Assembly: GCF_964355755.1 (NCBI RefSeq)
Contig: NC_092677.1
Span: 16,700,101 to 16,764,100 of the forward strand
Reading direction: 5' to 3'
Length of the DNA: 64,000 nucleotides
Source of the DNA: Antedon mediterranea
Taxonomy: Eukaryota > Animalia > Echinodermata
Positions 26,359 through 38,406 of the stretch are shown here, piece after piece (position 1 is the first letter of the stretch; every line of letters starts with the position of its first letter). The notes below the pieces were generated by a model, which worked only from the letters and a program-made list of their open reading frames with translations, was not told the DNA's origin and made no database searches. Both the position numbers and the translations under genes were made by a program.

Positions 26359-27276
26359 TTTAATTTTTTGCAAGAAATTTTTTTTAATTACGACATTTGC
26401 TAAATTAATGATAGCATAGTCTACGTATTTGATGAGATTTGTTAAATAATAATGTGATTTCAGTTAAAAGAGAATTGAATTTATGTTTAAGTATTGATTT
26501 TGTAACGAGTTTTTTGATAATGATTAACTTTGAATTTTGAATGATCGATATATTGAGATATTAAAAGGAACGACAAGCATTTTGTAACAAATATTTTGTT
26601 TAACCTTTGAGTCGTCAATCTCAAGCATTACTTAATTGATATACAATAACAGGAGATTTTCTTAGTACTTTTAATTTCAATTTTTTTTTTAAATTGAGTA
26701 CAAAAGTCGAATTTGTCGACCGATTGAAATCGTAATTACCTGTAAATATAAATGCTTAAATCGATAAAGTTGTGACGATAATGATATATTGTGGATAAGT
26801 TTGTGTCAACAGGACACACACACATTTGTTTCTTTAAAGTTTTAAGTGATTAAGTTTGATATTTGATTTTAGGCTAATCAGCCACAGTTTCTTGAGTTTT
26901 ATGTTTTGATTTGATTGATTTATGTTTGAAGGCCATTAGAACGCGATGAGTTGTCGCACGATTTGATGTATGTTCAATGTAACATACTATTTTTAAGTTT
27001 TGTAATTTTATTTTCAACCGATTTATGTTTGATTTACGCGAATTTTTATACCAAATTCATTTTTAATTTTAATTTTTTTAAAGAGAGAGAAGAGAGAAGA
27101 GAGAGAGTGAAAGTGATAAGGTTACACTTCAGAGTCAATGGTTTTGGCTAACTCAATTTTTGCTTATATGTATAATAATGTTTTTTTTCTTTTATATAAC
27201 TTTAATTTTGCATGCCACTATTATAACCATTTTATATGTTAAATAGATTAGAAAAAAAAAAAGGGAAACAGAGAGA

Positions 27277-27915
27277 TGTAATATAACGATATACTTTTAT
27301 ATTTAAGAAATCGACCTTTGTATCGGAATTCAAATAAGTTCACAAACTTGACCCAGAAAGTCCAGAGGAGAGTTTGTCCAGATGTTTTAATGACCATTTA
27401 GTTTATAATAGAATCCCTAAAGAAAACACTTAGCTTAATTTTGTGACTTTTCCCATCGTTAAACCAGGAGTGATTGACACTATTTAAGTACAGATTTGAC
27501 AGTGTCATCCATCACAGAAATACCTTATTATACCGTTAATCACTCCCACTTAAACACCCCTGGATCAACTTAGGACCAATCGTTACCCTCACAGATTACG
27601 TAGTGACATATGCAAATGAACCGAGGGCCAATATACTCCCAAGTTTCAGAAGGGCCCAGACACACCTTACAGCCACCTCACGGAGCACACACCTTACAGC
27701 CACTTCACGGAGCACACACCTCACAGCCACTTCTTCAGAAGCAGACCTACACACTTCACACCTCACCGACAGCATCATTGACCCTCCGTTCCTTATCTAT
27801 ACTTATAGTTGTATATTGTACTGAAGTATTATACTGAATAAACAATATATGTGTTACGACAGTCAAGCGAGTCAGAGTCTTCATTAGTACCTCAACAACG
27901 CAACACTATATTACA
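27277..27915 (+). repeat. 3' LTR (639 bp)
   Basis: TGTAATATA...TATATTACA inverted termini; polypurine tract aaaaaaaaaaagggaaacagagaga immediately upstream; internal 27 bp tandem repeats (27661-27740); AATAAA near 27837. Confidence 0.92.
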
Positions 27916-28369
27916 GTATGTCAAACCATTCATGCATTGCAAATCATTTTTCTTATGTTTTTCAGCCATTAATATCAAAATGAGTGGGTAACAGACTTGT
28001 GTGTTAGTTGGCTTTCATTCTATTAATTCCATCCATGCCACTTTTATTAATTTCTTTAGGGTTTGAAAGAACTGTGGTTCAGCTACAGAAATCAAGGCAG
28101 AACTTAAAGACATAAAACGTATTAAAGTTGACTATAACACATCTATAATCACAGAGAAGGGCATCAACAAACCTGATCTTATTGAACTAGATGAGCTGCC
28201 TGTTGATTTACCAATATTATCTTAAGAGGCATTGTTGGAGCTATAGGCATTACTGGACAAACCACCGTGTAAACAAATGGTAAGTGTATTCTGGCCACTG
28301 ATAATTAGTATCAGTATTGCCTTTATACTGCATGAAATGCATCATTACTATGTTGTAATGCTACTGTGT

Positions 28370-28680
28370 AGAATATAAATAAACCTGAAATTGTAGAAAG
28401 CACGGAGAAAAACAAATTTCCTAATATTTTTCGGCCTGTGCAGTTACGAGATCGATGAGTTCACGTAACCAAGTTGATATTGATTTATCTCGTATCTTAT
28501 CGGACACTAAATTGTAGTCAAAGACTGTTTCCTAGCTTGCCTTTAGACAGTAAAACCTTTCTACTTGCTCAACGCGAGGACATCTAAATTAAGCAGTATA
28601 CCCGTTGGTTTCTTTTTCCAATCTGATATTTTTATGTGAAAAGGCTCCCGCCGATAAAGGATTGGAGGGTACGAAAATTG
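28370..28680 (+). mobile_element. Short Gypsy pol fragment (Gmr1-like, protease-integrase linker) inside a DUF4806 intron; also ~31790-32139 and ~35218-35567
   Basis: ACAVTRSMS, LPLDSKTFLLAQRED, PVGFFFQSDIFM, PADKDWRV motifs. Confidence 0.65.
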
Positions 28681-30109
28681 TATTTTAAATTTAAGATAGG
28701 CGTCATAGTAAGCATCACCATTGCTTTAACCCAAAATATGACCACGTCACACTAAAGATTGTATTAATTATCATAGAGTTCATGGTGTTGCATATTGTAC
28801 AATCAATCAAAAGAATCTTCAATGTATTATTTTACATTTAACATATTTTTAGATCGTAAAACTAGCGCTCATTGGCGGAAAAGATTGCAATTAGACAACC
28901 AAATGCATTGGACTGTCTTCTCAAGCCAGCTGTGGCAAGACAGTTTAATTGAACTGGGGCAGAGGAAAAGAAGGAGCTTCGAAAACTAATTTTAATGAAA
29001 GTGATAATAGGAGGTTTAGAGAAGAGCATTAAAATGGTACCCTTTTACGCCAACATTATATTGCAACAATTTCATCAGAAAAATACTTTTTGCAGGTTAC
29101 AGTAACTATAGGACACAATAAATATTCACAAATAAATATTTATATACTGGGTCAAAAAACAATGTGGTCAAGTAAAATATTTTAAGACAATTTGATTTGT
29201 CCTATTTTTAACAGGAGCAATTCGAAAAAATCCTAAATTAAATGATTCCACAAATGAGGATGTAATTGAGGCAGTAAAGACATATCTATAACAACTCCCT
29301 GTCTATACAATTCTAGAGAAAAGGAGGTGGCAGAAAAGACAGACAGTCAAAGCAAATTGTTGTCCTTGACCTAAGTAACATTGTAGACTAATTGTGTTTA
29401 TATTTACATACACTAATGTACTTTTATTTCATATGTTCGATTTGTATATTTAAAAAAGTCATTGTGTAGGATACAGCCATTTACCTACAGAAAAAGCATA
29501 CACGATGACTATGGCACAACTGGAAGAAAGATCTGAGAATACTGTACATCATACAGAAAGCAATAGACTGGCCCAAAATAAAGACAGGAGATGCTGAATT
29601 ATGACATAATTGTGATAATATTATATATTCAATGTAATTAATACAACTCTTTAGGTTGCTGGTTAAATACTAAAAGTAAAGTGGTACAATTCTTGAAAGT
29701 ACAAAACATAACATGAACATAATGACGATGACGTCATTTCTTATCAAAAGCATTCACATTACTTCACTCGCATCACGTCAATATGCACAAACTGTTATCG
29801 TTATAGTTGAAGATTGAAGAATAATTATAATTGTTTGTTAATTGAACGTTTGTGTGATTGATTCTGTTGATGGCACCCTTTGCTGATTCCTAATACTTAC
29901 AGGACCCATTATGGTTCTTGGGTGCAACAACAACAGAATCACAATATTTTATTTAGGAATATGGCCCTCATATGGGATTTATATGAGCTAAATGGGCTTT
30001 CCCATATGGTACCCATATGATTATTGGGTTAAAAAAAAATTGGAATCATATGGTACCCACCCATAAGTTGTACCAAGTTGTACAGTACCATTTGGGCTTG
30101 GTACATGGA

Positions 30110-30620
30110 AGTCGTTCAAACCATGCCATTGGAGACCAATGGTCATCATTCAAACCAACAAAATTAAATCTTGCTCCACGTGCGTGTGCCTGCTGTGATG
30201 AAACATTAATAATTCATCTCCTGTGTATTCTAGATAACAGTTAAATCCAGGACATTCACGTCATCTCATGATGGTATCACTGAAATTGTAAAAGGTCTAA
30301 GAAAACCCATGCAAACAATAAAAGAATTTTTTAAGTGGAAACACCAGAATACTGTAAATTTATGAGCAGTTCATATTATAATGAATACCAACTCTGAAGA
30401 GGAACAGATGACATACCTGGATGATGATGAAAAAAAAGGGAAGCTATTACAGAGTCATTGAGTAGGATACAGCCATTTACCTACAGAAAAACATACGCGA
30501 TGACTATGGCACAACTAGAAGAGAGATCTGGTGAATGTATTGCCAGTGAATACTGTACATCATACAGAAAGCAATAAACTGGCCCAAAATAAAGGAAGGA
30601 GATGCTGAAGCTTTGAATGA
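30110..30620 (+). mobile_element. BEL/Pao gag (DUF1759-like) fragment; copies in every unit of both arrays and at ~19640-19780
   Basis: LRKPMQTIKEF.SGN, NTNSEEEQMTYL, GYSHLPTEK.Y.MTMAQLEER, IQKAINWPKIKEGDAEAL. Confidence 0.75.
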
Positions 30621-33600
30621 GAAAGAGAGAAATATTTTTAAGAGAGAAACATTTAAATTTATCAGATGAATAGATGAAACATGTATAATACCATCATCAC
30701 GAACGCTAAACATATCGCACTTAAGACTTCTCCAATCAGAGAGATTATTGTCTATGCATACCAAAGTGTACATAGACTTACTTAGTCTCTTGATCATTGT
30801 CAGATTCGGATAGAGCTCTTTGCTACAGGATATCAAAGTCTAGACGAAGAAGGTTTCCACACCACGTCAAACATCTTCTCTTTAATATAACTGTGCTCCA
30901 CTTTTCCTTGTTTGTGCTGTGTATTCTTATTCATTATAATCTTTATAAGCTGTGCTGCCATATTTTAATGAAATTGATTCTTTTATAATAATGCAATGTT
31001 TTTACTTGATATATTGTATAGAATTGGTTGTGCGTGTTGTAAAGTGATAATTATGTGATAATATTATATTCAATGGAATAATACAACTCTTTATAATTAG
31101 ATTGCTGGTTAAATACTAAAAGTAAAGTGGTACAACTTGAGTACAAAACATAACATGAACATAATAAATGAGACGTCATTTCTTATCAAGAGCATTCCAT
31201 TATTTTGCTCGCATCACGCGAATATGCACAAACAATTATCGATATAGTTGAAGATTAAAGAATATAATTGTTTGTTAATCGTATCTTTGTTTGTGTGATT
31301 CCTGAATACTCCCATTTTAAGAACTTCAAGCAAGGGTATGTCAAACCATTCATGCATTGAAAATCATTTTTCTTATGTTTTTCAGCCATTAATATCAAAA
31401 TGAGTGGGTAACAGACTTGTGTGTTAGTTGGCTTTCATTCTATTAATTCCATCCATGCCACTTTTATTAATTTCTTTAGGGTTTGAAAGAACTGTGGTTC
31501 AGCTACAGAAATCAAGGCAGAACTTAAAGACATAAAACGTATTAAAGTTGACTATAACACATCTATAATCACAGAGAAGGGCATCAACAAACCTGATCTT
31601 ATTGAACTAGATGAGCTGCATGTTGATTTACCAATATTATCTTAAGAGGCATTGTTGGAGCTATAGGCATTACTGGACAAACCACCGTGTAAACAAATGG
31701 TAAGTGTATTCTGGCCACTGATAATTAGTATCAGTATTGCCTTTATACTGCATGAAATGCATCATTAATATGTTGTAATGCTACTGTGTAGAATATAAAT
31801 AAACCTCAAATTGTAGAAAGCACGGAGAAAAACAAATTTCCTAATATTTTTCGGCCTGTGCAGTTACGAGATCGATGAGTTCACGTAACCAAGTTGATAT
31901 TGATTTATCTCGTATCTTATCGGACACTAAATTGTAGTCAAAGACTGTTTCCTAGCTTGCCTTTAGACAGTAAAACCTTTCTACTTGCTCAACGCGAGGA
32001 CATCTAAATTAAGCATTTAGCTGAAAAGGCCCCAAGTGATTTCATGACATTTGTAGTATACCTGTTGGTTTCTTTTTCCAATCTGATATTTTTATGTGAA
32101 AAGGCTCCCGCCGATAAGGATTGGAGGGTACGAAAATTGTATTTTAAATTTAAGATAGGCGTCATAGTAAGCATCACCATTGCTTTAACCCAAAATATGA
32201 CCACGTCACACTAAAGATTGTATTAATTATCATAGAGTTCATGGTGTTGCTTATTGTACAATCAATCAAAAGAATCTTCAATGTATTATTTTACATTTAA
32301 CATATTTTTAGATCGTAAAACTAGCGCTCATTGGCGGAAAAGATTGCAATTAGACAACCAAATGCATTGGACTGTCTTCTCAAGCCAGCTGTGGCAAGAC
32401 AGTTTAATTGAACTGGGGCAAAGGAAAAGAAGGAGCTTCGAAAACTAATTTTAATGAAAGTGATAATAGGAGGTTTAGAGAAGAGCATTAAAATGGTACC
32501 CTTTTACGCCAACATTATATTGCAACAATTTCATCAGAAAAATACTTTTTGCAGGTTACAGTAACTATAGGACACAATAAATATTCACAAATAAATATTT
32601 ATATACTGGGTCAAAAAACAATGTGGTCAAGTAAAATATTTTAAGACAATTTGATTTGTCCTATTTTTAACAGGAGCAATTCGAAAAAATCCTAAATTAA
32701 ATGATTCCACAAATGAGGATGTAATTGAGGCAGTAAAGACATATCTGTACAATTCTAGAGAAAAGGAGGTGGCAGAAAAGACAGACAGTCAAAGCAAATT
32801 GTTGTCCTTGACCTAAGTAACATTGTAGACTAATTGTGTTTATATTTACATACACTAATGTACTTTTATTTCATATGTTCGATTTGTATATTTAAAAAAG
32901 TCATTGTGTAGGATACAGCCATTTACCTACAGAAAAAGCATACACGATGACTATGGCACAACTGGAAGAAAGATCTGAGAATACTGTACATCATACAGAA
33001 AGCAATAGACTGGCCCAAAATAAAGACAGGAGATGCTGAATTATGTGATAATATTATATATTCAATGTAATTAATACAACTCTTTAGGTTGCTGGTTAAA
33101 TACTAAAAGTAAAGTGGTACAATTCTTGAAAGTACAAAACATAACATGAACATAATGACGATGACGTCATTTCTTATCAAAAGCATTCACCTTACTTCGC
33201 TCGCATCACGTCAATATGCACAAACTGTTATCGTTATAGTTGAAGATTTGAAGAATAATTATAATTGTTTGTTAATTGAACGTTTGTGTGATTGATTCTG
33301 TTGATGGCACCCTTTGCTGATTCCTAATACTTACAGGACCCATTATGGTTCTTGGGTGCAACAACAACAGAATCACAATATTTTATTTAGGAATATGGCC
33401 CTCATATGGGATTTATATGAGCTAAATGGGCTTTCCCATATGGTACCCATATGATTATTGGGTTAAAAAAAATTGGAATCATATGGTACCCACCCATAAG
33501 TTGTACCAAGTTGTACAGTACCATTTGGGCTTGGTACATGGAAGTCGTTCAAACCATGCCATTGGAGACCAATGGTCATCATTCAAACCAACAAAATTAG

Positions 33601-36600
33601 ATCTTGCTCCACGTGCGTGTGCCTGCTGTGATGAAACATTAATAATTCATCTCCTGTGTATTCTAGATAACAGTTAAATCCAGGACATTCACGTCATCTC
33701 ATGATGGTATCACTGAAATTGTAAAAGGTCTAAGAAAACCCATGCAAACAATAAAAGAATTTTTTAAGTGGAAACACCAGAATACAGTAAATTTATGAGC
33801 AGTTCATATTATAATGAATACCAACTCTGAAGAGGAACAGATGACATACCTGGATGATGATGAAAAAAAAGGGAAGCTATTACAGAGTCATTGAGTAGGA
33901 TACAGCCATTTACCTACAGAAAAACATACGCGATGACTATGGCACAACTAGAAGAGAGATCTGGTGAATGTATTGCCAGTGAATACTGTACATCATACAG
34001 AAAGCAATAAACTGGCCCAAAATAAAGGAAGGAGATGCTGAAGCTTTGAATGAGAAAGAGAGAAATATTTTTAAGAGAGAAACATTTAAATTTATCAGAT
34101 GAATAGATGAAACATGTATAATACCATCATCACGAACGCTAAACATATCGCACTTAAGACTTCTCCAATCAGAGAGATTATTGTCTATGCATACCAAAGT
34201 GTACATAGACTTACTTAGTCTCTTGATCATTGTCAGATTCGGATAGAGCTCTTTGCTACAGGATATCAAAGTCTAGACGAAGAAGGTTTCCACACCACGT
34301 CAAACATCTTCTCTTTAATATAACTGTGCTCCACTTTTCCTTGTTTGTGCTGTGTATTCTTATTCATTATAATCTTTATAAGCTGTGCTGCCATATTTTA
34401 ATGAAATTGATTCTTTTATAATAATGCAATGTTTTTACTTGATATATTGTATAGAATTGGTTGTGCGTGTTGTAAAGTGATAATTATGTGATAATATTAT
34501 ATTCAATGGAATAATACAACTCTTTATAATTAGATTGCTGGTTAAATACTAAAAGTAAAGTGGTACAACTTGAGTACAAAACATGAACATAATAAATGAG
34601 ACGTCATTTCTTATCAAGAGCATTCCATTACTTTGCTCGCATCACGCGAATATGCACAAACAATTATCGATATAGTTGAAGATTAAAGAATATAATTGTT
34701 TGTTAATCGTATCTTTGTTTGTGTGATTCCTGAATACTCCCATTTTAAGAACTTCAAGCAAGGGTATGTCAAACCATTCATGCATTGAAAATCATTTTTC
34801 TTATGTTTTTCAGCCATTAATATCAAAATGAGTGGGTAACAGACTTGTGTGTTAGTTGGCTTTCATTCTATTAATTCCATCCATGCCACTTTTATTAATT
34901 TCTTTAGGGTTTGAAAGAACTGTGGTTCAGCTACAGAAATCAAGGCAGAACTTAAAGACATAAAACGTATTAAAGTTGACTATAACACATCTATAATCAC
35001 AGAGAAGGGCATCAACAAACCTGATCTTATTGAACTAGATGAGCTGCCTGTTGATTTACCAATATTATCTTAAGAGGCATTGTTGGAGCTATAGGCATTA
35101 CTGGACAAACCACCGTGTAAACAAATGGTAAGTGTATTCTGGCCACTGATAATTAGTATCAGTATTGCCTTTATACTGCATGAAATGCATCATTAATATG
35201 TTGTAATGCTACTGTGTAGAATATAAATAAACCTCAAATTGTAGAAAGCACGGAGAAAAACAAATTTTCTAATATTTTTCGGCCTGTGCAGTTACGAGAT
35301 CGATGAGTTCACGTAACCAAGTTGATATTGATTTATCTCGTATCTTATCGGACACTAAATTGTAGTCAAAGACTGTTTCCTAGCTTGCCTTTAGACAGTA
35401 AAACCTTTCTACTTGCTCAACGCGAGGACATCTAAATTAAGCATTTAGCTGAAAAGGCCCCAAGTGATTTCATGACATTTGTAGTATACCTGTTGGTTTC
35501 TTTTTCCAATCTGATATTTTTATGTGAAAAGGCTCCCGCCGATAAGGATTGGAGGGTACGAAAATTGTATTTTAAATTTAAGATAGGCGTCATAGTAAGC
35601 ATCACCATTGCTTTAACCCAAAATATGACCACGTCACACTAAAGATTGTATTAATTATCATAGAGTTCATGGTGTTGCATATTGTACAATCAATCAAAAG
35701 AATCTTCAATGTATTATTTTACATTTAACATATTTTTAGATCGTAAAACTAGCGCTCATTGGCGGAAAAGATTGCAATTAGACAACCAAATGCATTAGAC
35801 TGTCTTCTCAAGCCAGCTGTGGCAAGACAGTTTAATTGAACTAGGGCAAAGGAAAAGAAGGAGCTTCGAAAACTAATTTTAATGAAAGTGATAATAGGAG
35901 GTTTAGAGAAGAGCATTAAAATGGTACCCTTTTACGCCAACATTATATTGCAACAATTTCATCAGAAAAATACTTTTTGCAGGTTACAGTAACTATAGGA
36001 CACAATAAATATTCACAAATAAATATTTATATACTGGGTCAAAAAACAATGTGGTCAAGTAAAATATTTTAAGACAATTTGATTTGTCCTATTTTTAACA
36101 GGAGCAATTCGAAAAAAATCCTAAATTAAATGATTCCACAAATGAGGATGTAATTGAGGCAGTAAAGACATATCTGTACAATTCTAGAGAAAAGGAGGTG
36201 GCAGAAAAGACAGACAGTCAAAGCAAATTGTTGTCCTTGACCTAAGTAACATTGTAGACTAATTGTGTTTATATTTACATACACTAATGTACTTTTATTT
36301 CATATGTTCGATTTGTATATTTAAAAAAGTCATTGTGTAGGATACAGCCATTTACCTACAGAAAAAGCATACACGATGACTATGGCACAACTGGAAGAAA
36401 GATCTGAGAATACTGTACATCATACAGAAAGCAATAGACTGGCCCAAAATAAAGACAGGAGATGCTGAATTATGTGATAATATTATATATTCAATGTAAT
36501 TAATACAACTCTTTAGGTTGCTGGTTAAATACTAAAAGTAAAGTGGTACAATTCTTGAAAGTACAAAACATAACATGAACATAATGACGATGACGTCATT

Positions 36601-37999
36601 TCTTATCAAAAGCATTCACATTACTTCGCTCGCATCACGTCAATATGCACAAACTGTTATCGTTATAGTTGAAGATTGAAGAATAATTATAATTGTTTGT
36701 TAATTGAACGTTTGTGTGATTGATTCTGTTGATGGCACCCTTTGCTGATTCCTAATACTTACAGGACCCATTATGGTTCTTGGGTGCAACAACAACAGAA
36801 TCACAATATTTTATTTAGGAATATGGCCCTCATATGGGATTTATATGAGCTAAATGGGCTTTCCCATATGGTACCCATATGATTATTGGGTTAAAAAAAA
36901 TTGGAATCATATGGTACCCACCCATAAGTTGTACCAAGTTGTACAGTACCATTTGGGCTTGGTACATGGAAGTCGTTCAAACCATGCCATTGGAGACCAA
37001 TGGTCATCATTCAAATCAACAAAATTAGATCTTGCTCCACGTGCGTGTGCCTGCTGTGATGAAACATTAATAATTCATCTCCTGTGTATTCTAGATAACA
37101 GTTAAATCCAGGACATTCACGTCATCTCATGATGGTATCACTGAAATTGTAAAAGGTCTAAGAAAACCCATGCAAACAATAAAAGAATTTTTTAAGTGGA
37201 AACACCAGAATACTGTAAATTTATGAGCAGTTCATATTATAATGAATACCAACTCTGAAGAGGAACAGATGACATACATTTAACATATTTTTAGATCGTA
37301 AAAAGTGATAATAGGTAGGTTTAGAGAAGAGCATTAAAATGGTACCCTTTTACGCCAACATTATATTACAACAATTTAAAAACACAATAACTATTCATAA
37401 CACCGTGCTGTCCTGTTTAGAGATTATTGTCTATGCATACCAAAGTGTACATTTACTAGTCTCTTGATCCTTGTCAGATTTGAATAAAGCACCTTGCTAC
37501 AGGATATCAGAGTCTAGACGAAGATTTCCACACAATGCTGTCAGTATTGTGTTTGTGCCAAAAGAGTGAGGAATATTGCTAACCAAAAATGGGTAACCAG
37601 CAATGAACGGAAAAACGTGGTGGGGCAAGAAGGAATCCACAATACAACAATCTTTCGGGCCGAATAAAGACCACATTACTAGATTTTAAAAAAAAAAGTA
37701 CCTACAAGATGAACAAAATGTATTTAAGCAAGAAATTGGCAAACAGATGTTCAATATCAATACTATGGAATTTTTATCTTTCATTCGGAAATCCACGGAA
37801 AGATGTACTTGTTTGTTCCTTTTGTGTGAAGAAAAAAAGAAAAATAACAACTGGTCCATTTTGTGGGTTTAGCGGGTGGGAAAAATTGGAAAGATAACAA
37901 TGGAAATTGCTGTATTTTATATGCCAGGATATGACGGTACTCGCGTGAAATTGTCCAATTGCCAGATTGGAAAGAAATAGTGGTTACTACTGAATACTA

Positions 38000-38406
38000 C
38001 CCTGATGAGACCAGTGGCTCAAAGCCTAGAACGTCCAAGACAACCTCTGTTACCAATACCAGTTCAATCAGTACAAGCAACTTCTGTTACCAAGACCAGT
38101 TCAATCAGTACAAATTTACACTCTTTAATATCAATTAAAAGGGGTAGCAATATTCACAGAACAATTACCCAACCTATTAATTGAAGATAGGACCAGAGAT
38201 GTGCAGCACATATTAAGTTGTAGCAATTCCTACAGTTTTTGACGATAGTTCGAAATCTTGGAAGAAGTGCACAAAAACTGATGTTGAACCTGCAAAGAGA
38301 GTGTCAGACACCAGCAAGTGGATTTAAAGAACTGAAAGAACAATTCAAAAATGTGTTCTCTGGTGACCCTTTATTGGATTTTTATCAGAGAATACAAATA
38401 CAGGGC
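38000..38406 (+). mobile_element. PNMA-like Gypsy gag capsid fragment, one per unit of array B
   Basis: IFTGQSSNLMIEDWTRDVQHIL (last-unit variant), IVRNLGRSAQKLML, TPASGFKELKEQF, DPLLDFYQRIQ. Confidence 0.65.

Larger units (their letters stand above)
20152..27915 (+). mobile_element. Near full-length Ty3/Gypsy LTR retrotransposon lacking the 5' LTR and PBS; pol disrupted
   Basis: gag, PR-RT-RH-IN order, polypurine tract and 3' LTR present; left end abuts the repeat unit abruptly; ~102 bp tandem duplication at 20157-20360. Confidence 0.95.
27916..37277 (+). repeat. Tandem array A: ~2.7 units of ~3.43 kb composite TE-fragment mosaic
   Basis: Units start at gtatgtcaaacc (27916, 31336, 34764); identical ORF shadows recur at 3428-3433 bp spacing. 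Confidence 0.97.

Noticed and set aside
26358-27276. env-like third ORF in the Gypsy element
   Set aside because: AT-rich with no long ORF; the 66 aa hydrophobic ORF reflects T-richness
27661-27740. Short direct repeats as a CRISPR array
   Set aside because: 27 bp head-to-tail tandem units without spacers, inside an LTR, in eukaryotic DNA with no cas genes
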